A stretch of 64,000 nt of DNA from Leucoraja ocellata (Eukaryota), in assembly GCA_036785375.1 (NCBI GenBank), contig JAWMAR010000085.1:4774001-4838000 (forward strand), read 5' to 3'. Of the stretch, positions 12,881-24,228 are shown one piece after another. How positions within the stretch are numbered: the first letter of the stretch is position 1; every line of letters begins with the position of its first letter. The translations under genes were made by a program, and so were the position numbers. The notes below the pieces were generated by a model that was not told where the DNA came from, made no database searches, and saw only the letters and a list, made by a program, of their open reading frames with translations.

Positions 12881-14967
12881 GAAAAGGTAGGGGTGGTACC
12901 TTATACTTTATCTGGTGCTTCTTTTGTAGTCTCCTGCAGAGTTCAATTGCAAATTATATCCCAATATATTTGTATTCACGCCATAATTCAATGTTTACAT
13001 TATGCATTAACACTGACTGTACTGTAGAAGAAACTAAAAGATCTATATATTGCTCGTTTCATAATGTCACAAAATAATTTATAGCTAATTGTTACTATTG
13101 TTATTGATAAATCCTGCAGTCCATTTGCATGCTGAAAGCTCTTACAATTAGTAATGTTGGAATATTAGATAATTAATTTTACTGGGATTAATTGAGGAAT
13201 AATATTAGCTAAGCAATCGGGGTGAACTACACTGTTCCACTTTGATGTATACTATTCGATGTTTTATGTCCATCTGATTGGGTTGGTTTATATTCTCATC
13301 TGATAACGTAACGATCTGGGGGCATTCATGTATAATATGTAAACTAATTTTAAAGGTATAATTAATCTTATAGGTATCTTTTAGGTATAACAAAATCATC
13401 ACATGTGTTGGTTTGCCTTGGTATTCAACTAGAAAAAAACACATTCTCATTTAGAGGGTGCTAATGTCATGTAGATATTATTTTTGTTATAGCTATCAGC
13501 ATTCCTAGTGCAGACAAATGTACACCCCAAGGGAATTGGTACAAGCATAATCAGTCCTTATGTAGATCAGTACTGGGAGATTAAGCAGTCACGAAAAAAA
13601 ATATCAGTGCACCTCCAAAGTGTAATTCCTGCATTAGACTTGTTCTAGACTGTGAAAAAGTCCATTGATAAAAGCAGCAGAGATGGCAGAAATCAGCCCT
13701 ACATGTCAGGCCCGAGTAAAGGCTCAGCAAATGCCTTTGAGCGGATATTGTCAAGTCAAATCGAGTATACCGTCATGTGTGCAGGCATGGTGAGCCACGG
13801 ATACAATGAAAACTTTGCTTGCAGCAGCATCACTGGCACATTGACTCAGACAACATGTAAAAACATAGATTAGACATAAATTCTACTAGATAGTGAAAAG
13901 AAAAAGACTGCAAAATCAAAACATCAATGCAAAACACAATGGGAAAATAGCAGGAAAATAATCCATGGTAGTGACAGGTCAGCTCAGAGAATGAGAGTAG
14001 AAGAGAACAGACAGCATCAAACAAATAGTTTGCTCAGCTCAAAAGCAGTTGCTCAAAGCTGATTTTAAAGTAAAAGAGTCTGTAGCACAGTGTGACAGAT
14101 TGGGTGTAAAATGAAAAAACAGAGAAGTTTGGATTTGTGCGGCATTCCTATGGTGGGAAAGGAAAGAAAATGGCTGCTCTAGAATATGCAAGCTGTTCCA
14201 TAGGCAGCCTGTGGTGCATAACAAGGCTTGTGAATCATTAATATCCAAGATGAGCAGAATGGAGATGCTTTTCGTGGCTGATATATGATATGGAGGACAG
14301 TGCTGAGAACACATAGTTATTGAATATTGCAGGATGGGAACAAGGGAGATTGATTTTACTTCTTGAAATCAGCTCAGAATTGTATTGCATACTCTAACTT
14401 AGTGGCTTCTCACAAAGCTGAAGATACCCAATTTGCAGAGGTAGTATATAAATTAAAGGGGTACTTCAATCCGTAGCTATACATTCAATGCATGCAATCA
14501 GAAAATGGTAGAACAGTTATGATTATATTGTCAGACAGTAATATTGGAATGTTTGTTGATTGCCAATTGAGAGACAGGTCTCTGTGTTGTTTTGGGGATG
14601 AATGAATGCAGCCATACATTTGATTTGGCCTGTGGGATTAAAACGTCCATGAAGATGGCAGCCAAAAAAATTATGAGAGTTCCATCCTTTACCAGTTGTA
14701 TTTGTAATTGCAGCCTACACTTACACTTCCCAAATCTTTGACCCTTAAACAGCAGAAGCATTGTGTGATTCCAAGTGGCACCCTGTTACCATTGTTCTGC
14801 GAGGAGTGTCATAAAGAATATCCCATATGTTTAATTGTCATATGTACAAGTAATGGTACAATTAAATTCATACTTGCTACAGTTTTACTGGCCCATAAAT
14901 GCAATAATACATAAATATACAATGCATACCATAAATTATACAATAATCAATAATACAATAAATTACG

Positions 14968-15262
14968 AGTACATTCAAGTGCTCTCCCGAGTTTAAAAAA
15001 AATCAAACTCGTGGTAAGCACGTAGAATGTACGTAGCGGGTACGTTGGAGCTCGGGGACGTCCCTTAATGGCTTGTAACGCTAACGGCAAGTACTCGGGA
15101 AATGCGGTAACCTTGAGAAGACTCGTGAAGATTTTTCAACATGTTGAAAAATGTCTACGAGAGCCCGAGTACCCATGAGTGGCCATTACCGTAAATCTCC
15201 GAGTTCGAATCAGGGCAAACTCGGGAGAACTCTTGAATGAACTCATACAGTGGGACAGGGCT
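14968..15262. mobile_element. PIF/Harbinger-type MITE, one end truncated, inside a Rex-like 3' fragment
   Basis: Terminus AGTGGGACAGGGCT followed by TAA resembles the reverse complement of the TGGCCTGTCCCACTT terminus at 23028. Confidence 0.65.
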
Positions 15263-15867
15263 TAACCAGACCATTATTGTGCAAAACTGGTCTGTAGTGC
15301 AATCAAAGCAATGTCCATAGTAAATCATAAATGCTGCAGTAGGGTTGTGGTTAGAATTAAGCAGTTTTCAAGGGCCTGTTGGTTGTAGGGATTAATATCC
15401 ACATAGCAGAGTCTTGTTTCCAGTTAGCTTGTTTCCCTGGCCATTGAACCATATTGGTGGTTTGTATGCAACGGCCACCCCACATAGGCAATCTCCACTA
15501 TGTGTATTGTGCTAAGCAAAAGGGCACTGCAAATTTTGTCACAAAAATGTGGCAGTCCTTTTAAAAAGACTTTCAAAAATAATTTAACTTCTTGAAGAAA
15601 AACTTGTTAGTTGCTGACAACACTACAACTAGTCAGACTTGTGGAGGACGCTTTTCAATTTCTCTTGGTGGCCAAAAGATATTGCTCAGTATATTAAAGT
15701 ACAGGGAATATAAGGACACTGAACAAAGTTGTGCTGTCTGTATTTTTCTTAAGATGCAATCTGTTGTAAAGTTTGTTTGTCTTTGAATTGTCTATCATAG
15801 AATGCTGTGCTTTCTATGTCAGCATCTCACAGTCAAAATTTATCCTCGCAAACAAAATGGATAGCAG

Positions 15868-16075
15868 ACACTATAAACTGCAGATGCTGGAACCTTGAGC
15901 AAAAATCAAACAGTTGGAGGAACTCTGCAGGTCAGGCAGCATCTGTAGGAGGAAATAGACAGATGTCGTTTCGGATCGGAACCCTTCTTCAGACTGAAGA
16001 AGCGTCTCAACCCAAAACCTCATTTCCATCCAGAGATGCTGCCTGACCCATTAATTGCTCTCGCACTTTGTTTTT
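15868..16075. mobile_element. PLE-derived palindromic short element with back-to-back hammerhead-like motifs
   Basis: CCCTTCTTCAGACTGAAGAAGCG at the centre; CAAACAAAAT on both flanks. Confidence 0.7.
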
Positions 16076-16669
16076 CAAACAAAATAGGCAATTGGAGATA
16101 TATTAAGATTTAATCTTCCAACTGATGAGACATAAGTAGTGAAGAGACTAGTTGAACAAGGATTTTGCTGCCAAATAGATACAATATGAACCCAAATGCT
16201 TTTTTGCCAGATCTAAGTATTTCACTGAATTCCTGCCCATCTCGTGAAAGGATAGCAACACCTCTCAAAAAACAGTACATTTTATGCAGTCCAATAAACA
16301 TAATTTGGGAGATTATTGGTATTGTATATGCTCATTAAAAAAACATGTTTGCTCATAATATTCTGTGAGTTTTTGCTATAATGCAATAATGAGTCTGCAG
16401 GGCAATTTATAAAACAATTTTTCACAATAACAAACAACCGTTAGTGTTCGGAAATAGCGAGAAATTATATCAATATTAGCAATAAGCCAAAATTGTAAAT
16501 CCAGGTTCAGCTAGGTCAATAAAGGTAACTATCCACTAGACTGATCTTGAAATAGAACAGTTTATATAGATTTTATAGATATTTGTCTATCTTTTTGATT
16601 ATATTAGACCATTGAGATAAGCAAATAGGCAAAAATCCTTTGGAAGTTAGGATGTCATCCATTAACATA

Positions 16670-17400
16670 TCTTAACGTGGCCGAGGAGCCTGATTGTAGA
16701 TTCATGCAGTCTTTGGCATATACTGTATTAGTGGTCCGTGTAGTGACATTTGCAGCTGTGGGCTAATCCTTTCTGCTTTCTCTGCCATTACTGTTCTACC
16801 TCAACATTGAATCCTTAAACCTTAAAATGGCATGTGCAAACAGAACAGTTAGCAGTTCGCTTCTCCCAGTTGTTGGTATAAATGCCTCCATGATTGAGGA
16901 TCATATTGTGTGAGTTCCTTTTTGACTGCCTTTTTAATGATGGCCAATGGTGAGCTGGGTGAAGAAAACAGGGCGAGGAAAAAAGATCCCGGGCATCTGA
17001 ATCCAATGTTGTATCCATTTGATTTTGGTCCTCAAGGGCAAGATGCCAATGCTGGTTGATGCAACTTCAGCGAGGATGGTTGGACTAGTGGCCTTTGTAT
17101 TTGATGGTCAGGATTCAATACAAGCACCACGAGTAGAATCCCTCAAGGGTGTCAAAGTGGTGTTGGACAAACAAATAAATTGGGGCCTTCATCAACTTCC
17201 CAAGATGAAGATGCATCATCACAGTTTGAAGAAAGTGTTGATCCAGTGCTGGACTTCCTTTTGTAAATACTCCAGAGCTACCTGTTCCATGACATGAGCA
17301 ATGATTAGCTGCATGCTGTTGGAGAACCTTTATCTTGGTAATTTTCAGGGACTGGTCAAGATTCTCATGGAAGAGACCCAGCAGCCCTTGTGCAAAGTGA
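16670..17400 (-). mobile_element. Degenerate RTE-clade LINE 3' part
   Basis: HFDTLEGFYSWCLY resembles RTE LERFHQRCLR; IRLLGH resembles the RTE C-terminal RIGLYSH region. Confidence 0.6.
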
Positions 17401-17639
17401 GCCATCAGGCTGCAGGGTCTGCTAACTGCAGGGTGTGATATCCCTGGTGATAAATTTTGTTTTTGTCTTGTAGTACCTAAAATGAAATAGATCAAATGAA
17501 AAATTACAGGTGATGGCACTGCTCTTCCAATATTATATCACATAATTTATCTCCCCTTTCATTAAACAAATATGAATGAGACATAATCTCGATAAAAAAA
17601 AGATTTGCTCATCATTGAGAGTGCTCCTGGACATCTGGT

Positions 17640-18250
17640 TAACAGCAAGAGTCAAGAGTGCAATTATTGGATGTACCGACATTGTAACAACATCCTGGTG
17701 CATTTTTGTCTCCTATCACTAACTCATTATTATAACCCATGAACCAGAGTGCTATTTCTACGTTCGACCCGCAGTACATAATAAGACAGGTTATCTCAGA
17801 CTCCAGTGGCAATGGCAAACCTACCATTCGGGAAATTTGTTAGAGGTACAACATCAAGATTGCCGTAAACTACAATAATACCTCTTGGGATGGCATGACA
17901 ATGAGGAAGGTATAACCAGGGTGTGGAGTGGGTCAACAACCCTGAAAAATCGAAATAAACTTTGTCAAATTGGCAGATGAAGATGGGTTTGATAAATCAG
18001 ATAAAGATGATGTGGGAGAGTTAGTGGAATCACATGGCAAAGAGCTCACAAAAGTAGAGATTGCAGTTACACATGCTTTTGAATGCATACAGTCAAATTC
18101 TGAAGACAATGATCCTAACTGTGAGTGCAGAATCAAATACGGCCATATGATGGAAAATTACATCCTCTGCTATTAGAATCAGGGAAGAGGCGATGTAATG
18201 TGTAGATTGGTTCCTTTCTTACGGCAGAAGCAGTCACAAAAAGAACCAAT
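17640..18250 (+). pseudogene. pogo/Tigger DDE transposase fossil
   Basis: AFLSPITNSLL*PMNQSAISTF resembles FLPPNTTSLLQPMDQGVI; GFDKSDKDDVGELVESHGKELT resembles the Tigger C-terminal motif. Confidence 0.75.
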
Positions 18251-18314
18251 AGTGCATGTTCTCCAAGCCAAGATTCATCAGCATCAATATCATCTCAACA
18301 TCAATTAGAACTCA

Positions 18315-18412
18315 AAGGTACACAAAAATGCTGGAGAAACTCAGCGGGTGCAGTAGCATCTATGGAGCGAAGGAAATAGGTAACGTTTCAGGCCGAAACC
18401 CTTCTTCAGACA
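18315..18412 (-). mobile_element. Short PLE-derived element starting at a hammerhead-like motif, ~18-bp TSD
   Basis: Minus strand TCTGAAGAAGGGTTTCGGCCTGAAACGTTACC...; flanks CAACATCAATT(A/G)GAACTC. Confidence 0.8.
18380..18411 (-). ncRNA. Minimal type I hammerhead ribozyme-like motif (PLE-associated)
   Basis: GT-CUGAAGA-A-GGG UUUCGG CCU-GAAA-C-GUU-AC: core boxes, short stem II and NUH triplet. Activity is not shown. Confidence 0.55.
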
Positions 18413-18753
18413 TCAACATCAATTGGAACTCGACCTCTTAGCTCTCCTGCTGTCACCTCAATGTGCAAAGCCACAACAAATTGAGCAAGAGGAAATCACT
18501 CAGCTCATCAAGCCTGCCCAAACATTCAAATAAGGTCATGGAGGATCTACAGTGGTAGCCACCACAATTTGGTTTTCCTGCCTTTGGTAACCTTTCAGCT
18601 TTCCCTCATCCAGAAACTGCTTTGAAGGATTCTATTTCCATCAGCTCAAACACCATATGTTTGACTTGATAAGTTGCCTGATAGGGTACATTGTCCTATT
18701 AGCTTAATTAAAAAAATTAATATTAGTAAAACATTATTTTGTTATTTCAATAC

Positions 18754-19515
18754 TTTTTTTTAATCAATGCCGTACTTTTCATCATTAAGATTTTAAAATT
18801 ATATATATTTATTAGAAGCAAATGTACAAGAGTAGAACCAACGGAACATAAAATTATACAGTTATTGTACAGCTTCAATTTTAAATTTTTAGCTTTGAAT
18901 TAGAAGAAACGAAAGGAGAAAAAGTGAGATGTGCAAAGATAGGACCCCTAGACTAGTGTAGCCAAAGAGTGAATAAAAGAAAGAAAGAAGAGAGGAATGG
19001 AAGGTATACCTGCCTCTCATGCCTCCCCACCCACCTCACCCAACCCATAGTTAGATTTAAATCCAAAGTTGTGTTGCGCCATACTATCCTTGTAAGAAAT
19101 CAGTGAAGGGTGTCCATGTCTTGGAAAAATGATCTGGTATTTCTGCCAAGACAAGTCGAATATTTTCAAGATGTAGCGTCTCGGACATGTTTATAATCCA
19201 CATCTTAAGAGTAGGGACTCATGTATGTTTCCAAAATTTAAATATTAGTTTTTTTGCCGTTATCAGGCCATAATTAAGGAAGCGTCTTTGAAATAGTGAT
19301 AGCTCAGAACAGGCTTCTGAAGTACTTAGAGTGATCAATTCTGTGTCGGGATCCAATTTTATTTTTAGTGTTTTCGAAAAAATTTCAAAAATTCCTCTCC
19401 AGAAATTATGTAACTTTATACGAGAGGCAAAGGAATGGGTTATAGTTGCTTCCTGAAGGAGACATTTATCACAAATAGGAGATACATTTGGAAAGATCTT
19501 ATTCAGTTTAGACCT
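18754..19515 (-). mobile_element. L1/Tx1-clade LINE 3' end with A-tail
   Basis: Minus-strand translation PICDKCLLQEATITHSFA...NFWRGIF...AKKLIFKFWK...TWTPF is an L1 ORF2 cysteine-rich C-terminus; T-run at 18754-18761. Confidence 0.8.
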
Positions 19516-20987
19516 TGAAGATTTTTTTTTCAGGGATTCTTGAGCTCTGGATCACTAACAGAATTTTCAAGTTTAAACCAACGTGAAGTTATTTTTCAAA
19601 TTACAAATTTGCGTTTATGTTATCCCGTAATGCAAACCCTTGGGGAAATACGTTGGGTGATAAGTTTTGTTTTGGAAGTGGTAAGGCTGTTCTATATGCC
19701 ATCCCACTCCGTGATTTTGCTCACCAAGGTCCACTCAGCTGTTCCGTGCCCTCAATGGCTGATTCTTCGCAGATCCAGCTCACTCAGTGCAGTTGAGAAA
19801 ATATTATTGGCATCTTAGAATTCCCTGCCAAAAAAATCTCCTATTCTCAATAAAACATGCCAAGGCATGATGTGATAAATCTTTTTCTGAGCCGCTCTAT
19901 AATAGAATTCTCACGAAGAATGGTTTTATAGTAGAATTACTGGCACTGAGGATTCATTTTCCTCAACAGCAAAAGCTAGTCAGTTTCAAGTAAATTCTTT
20001 AACAATGATGGCTACTTAACTTGTGATGGGAAAATATACCTCAGTCCTTCATAAATCAACAAAATAATAGTCAAAGTTCACAAACTGTCAGGTCTTCTGT
20101 GTGTACAATATAAACATGAATATATTTTTAGTTTTCACAGCAAAGCACACCAAGTGGAGAATAGTCAGCTGCTGTTTGCTGACAGTTATGAACAATGTGA
20201 GCACCACAACTGTCTTTCTTTCCAAATGTATCTTTCCCCAGTTTGATGGACAATTTCAGACAGACATTGTTTTCTACGGCCTGTTGAGCATGGCCAAAAT
20301 TGTTTTAGTATATGAACAGAGCCCAACAAGCTTTTTACTGTAAAGATTTTTCTGGATGTGTTGATGAAGAAATTCACATTGCCAGTCACATGTTTCACCT
20401 GAGAGGTAAATTCTATGATTTCCGTTCTTTTCCTAGTTGTTATAATAACAAAGCTTTACCTGGAACAGTTTGTGTTCTTTTGTGTTTGATGCAACCAGAC
20501 TAAGTGAGGTAAATGCACACTTAACAAATCACCCTGCAGTGTTGCTAATATACATCTATGGATTTTTTCTCTGCCGAGGGAAACATTGGTTATTAAAGTA
20601 TTTCAATCTTCACTATCACCACATCTTGTTCTGTACCCCTGATGCACAGAATTCTTATGTGAAAATAATCATGATCTGTATTCCTTTTAAATATCCTGTG
20701 CCACAATGTTGACTGTTCTAACTCCTTGTACTGGACAATTGATTCCCTCCATCAAATGCTTTGTCTCCTTCCTTCCTTGCCAAAGTTGCCATACCTGACG
20801 ACATGATCACTCACCAGTTCTCAACTCCAGCTCCAGCCACATTCCTCTGTATCCTTGCAAATTTCTTTACACCATATTGTTATTCTACTCCCTCTTGCAA
20901 GCCAGCATGGAACCTGCCTCATCCACATCTGCAGGTCGTCCATTTAAGATTCCAACCACACTCTTCATAAAAGGGCATTCCTCGTTA

Positions 20988-21470
20988 TTGTGGGGGCGGG
21001 GGGGGGGGGTCGTGGGGGCAGGTTGTGGGGTCGGGGGGGGGTTGTGGGGCCGGGGGGGTTGTTGGGATGGGGATGGGGGGTTGTGGGGGCGGGGGGTGTT
21101 GTGGTGGAAAGGGGTTGTGGGCGGGGGGGGGGGGTGTGGGGGCGGGGGGGGTTGTGGTGGAAAGGGGTTGTGGGCGGGGGGGGGGGGTGTGGGGGCGGGG
21201 GGGGTTGTGGTGGAAAGGGGTTGTGGGCGGGGGGGGGGTGTGGGGGCGGGGGGGGTTGTGGGGTCTGGGGGGGTTGTGGGGGCGGGGGGGTTGTGGGAGT
21301 GGGGCGGTTGTGGGGGTGAGGGTGTGTGGGCGGGTGTGTGTGGGCGGGGTGGTGTGCGGGAAGGGGGGCCTGTGGGGGGAGGAGTGTGTGGGCAAGGGGT
21401 ATATGGGCAGGAGGGAGTTGTGGGGGGAGAGGGGTGTGTGGGCGTGAGGGGGGGGGGAGTGTTCTCAGAG
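20988..21470 (+). repeat. G-rich minisatellite (GGGGTTGTGGGGGCGGGGG-like units)
   Basis: Direct reading; the overlapping Gly/Pro-rich ORFs are low-complexity artefacts. Confidence 0.9.
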
Positions 21471-21668
21471 AAAAGATGGGGAAGAGCCATGGGGGAGAGG
21501 GGGGCATCATGGGTGAGGGGAGGAGGAGCCAACGAGGGGGACCAGAGGGGCAGTGGCTGGAATTGGCGGGGCAATGGGGACTCACAGCGGGCACTGATCG
21601 CTGGTCACTGGTCGTTCTCCTCCACCGGGATCAGTGTCTCCTCTTTCTGTTGGCCACATCTCCAACTC

Positions 21669-21860
21669 CGGGCTGGGCTGGGCTGGGTATCCGACTCTGG
21701 GCTGGGTCTCCAACTGGGCTGGGCTGGGCTGGGATGGGTCTCTGACTCTGAGCTGAGCTGGGCTGGGCTGGGCTGGGCTGGGTCTCCCATGTTGGGCTGG
21801 GCAGGGCAGGGTCTCCGACGCTAGGCTGGGCTTGGCCGGGTTTGCTTGGGGCTGGGTCGC
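21669..21860 (+). repeat. (GGGCT)n / GAGCT pentamer array inside a GC-rich non-autonomous element (~20980-22070)
   Basis: GGGCTGGGCT runs; TTACCTTCATGGTGACTGACAGG at ~22032 recurs at ~3606, indicating an interspersed repeat. Confidence 0.75.
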
Positions 21861-22169
21861 TTCGGGTCCCTCCGAATATTGTGGAGGAGGGGGGTTGTGG
21901 GGGCGGGGGGGTTGTGGGGCGTCCCACACAGCGGCTTCCCCCGACTCCACACAGCCACTTCCGCTGACTCCACACTGCTTGTGGACTCAGCCCCGCCTCC
22001 GGGGTTTTTTTCTCCTCGTCCAGAAGGGGCGTTACCTTCATGGTGACTGACAGGCGAAAAGACCAATCTGAGGGAATGAGCCAAACACAGGCAAATTAAA
22101 CTAGTTTAGAGGTGGCATCATGCTCTTCATGGACTGAAGGACCTGTTTCTGTGCTGTATGATTCAATGA

Positions 22170-22880
22170 CAGGACTAAAACTAACGTGATGCTTTCAAAT
22201 TATGACACAAGGAATGTCATCAGATATGTGGATGAAGGACAGCAACAGCCAATTGCATTTGCTTTGCGTACTCATGTCAAAAAAAAAATCTAATTGAGTA
22301 GAAAGTGCTAGCAGTTATTTTTGGAGCTTAGAAATGTTGTCAGTTCTAATTGAGAAAACAAACCCTTTGTTCTTTTTTACAGATCACAAATCATAATTGG
22401 CAATACTGAGTCCTAAGGCAGCAGCTCCAACATACCAGCTTCCAGGATGCAAAAAATCTACCACTATACAATTGCAAACATTCATCAAAGAAAAATATAA
22501 CCATTGACAGTCTGTCAAGATAATTGCATGAATTGTCTGATTTGGGTAGTGAAAGCAGTTTTCATTGTTCTACTCATTGATGAGGATTCCTGCTCAGTCA
22601 TAGAGATTGCTCAGGTGACTCAAGAGTCAACAGCCACATTCTAACAGGATGAGCCAGCTTGGACAATGGTTTAAATGAAGACTGAAAGTAATTTCATAAT
22701 TGCAGGTTTTAATTGTCAATAGGGTTTAAAATTGAATCATTGTATACTTATTCCAAGGGTTCCCTGAAACTAGATTTTAGATGAGCTACATATGGAACAA
22801 ACTGGCTCTGTCAATGTGAAAGTCTGTGCCACTTTTGTGTTTTAGCCAAATATTCATCTACATACTCATGTCATGGCTTT
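22170..22880 (+). pseudogene. Ancient Gypsy pol fragment (RNase H to integrase N-terminus)
   Basis: QPIAFALRT, VLAVIFG, TDHKS*LAILSPKAAAP...ASRMQ and ILDELHMEQTG match Gypsy RNase H and integrase zinc-binding motifs. Confidence 0.8.
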
Positions 22881-23027
22881 ATTGTAGCAGAGCTGTTAAT
22901 GCATAATCATTTTCACATTTGATTGATTGCAGTGAAACCAATTTAGAGACAAGTGCAGAGAGCACCAATTGAAACTAAAGTCAATGATTCAAGGCGAAGC
23001 AAAGCAATCCAACTAAGTGAAACGTTA

Positions 23028-23272
23028 TGGCCTGTCCCACTTGGGCGTCATTTGCGTGTCATTTACACGACATCCTAAAAATTGGTTGGCACGTCGTGAC
23101 GTGCGCATGGTGTGCATGACGCGTGCATGACGTGCGTCTGGTGTGCATGACGCGCGCATGGTGCATGGTGAGGCGTGGTGGCGTATGCAATGGCACACGG
23201 TAGCGCGCAGCGCCCCAGGATGGGGTGCTCAAAATCTTCGCGCACCACCTGCGTGACTCAGCAATGGGCCCT
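23028..23272. mobile_element. PIF/Harbinger-type MITE with internal GTGCATGACGCG-like repeats
   Basis: TTA followed by TGGCCTGTCCCACTT terminus; right end degenerate. Confidence 0.6.
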
Positions 23273-24228
23273 GGTAAAGTATAATACTTAACAAGCATTG
23301 GTCAGAAATGTCCATGATGATCTCACGACCACAGCGAGAGAAGTAAATTGTGATGATTAACCTCTTTCTGTCATTGAGAAGGAGTCTTTTAATTTCAAAA
23401 CAAAACCTCAATGAGACAGTTCAAGAAACTAATACGCCATTAAAGATATGTACACAATTGGGAAGGTCAAACCAATTAAGGGAGTATGTCAATAGACTAA
23501 ATCTATAATGGCTGTGTATATGTGTGAAAAGTATTTGGATAAGAGTTTTCAAAAGAGAAACCATTGTGGTGTATTTGTGTCTAATATGTAAAAGATATTG
23601 TAACATTAGGATGAACACCCATGACATAAGCACCACTGTCCAAAGCCCACCCCAAAATACTTTATACCATATCCCAGTTACAGAAGTTTCAATTTATATA
23701 TTTATATTCAACTCTCCCAGAGTGGGATTTTAACTCACAGTCAATTGACTCAGTGACAACAGTGCCACCCACTGAATCACAGCTGTTACCTTAGAATAAA
23801 AGTATGTTAGGATATCCTATTCTATTTCTTTTCCAGATTGTTACTTTTCTTGGCCATTATTTCCCCCACTGGCTGTGATATGTATCATATTTCCAGTTAA
23901 TCTGCTTTTGTTGTGTTTGGTAGGAGACAAATGTTGGCTGGTACAATAAGGTTTGTACAAATTCTCACTTTTTTTGTTGAATGGCCCTATCATTTCCCCT
24001 TATCTGCTGTGCCAAATAAGGCTCTGTCTAATCTTATCTCAGAGATCCCTGGCAGTACAATCCTCCCAGAAATATCAGGTAGGATTTTTATGTTTTTACA
24101 TTTCTGGGTTGGTAGATGAATCAGCAAAATTCTGGCTCAGAAACAAGTGATCTGTCTATAACAAAAATGGCACTCCCTTTTAAAATGTGCTGGTTGCCTT
24201 TCATTCACTTGCCAATTATCTGACCATC

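Noticed and set aside
21669-21860. GGGCT/GAGCT pentamers resembling an immunoglobulin switch region
   Set aside because: Only ~200 bp, embedded in an interspersed repeat, and no Ig exons are visible nearby.
20877-22084. Many long Gly/Pro-rich ORFs (up to 315 aa)
   Set aside because: Products of G-rich and (GGGCT)n repeats that lack stop codons; no Gly-X-Y periodicity or domain.
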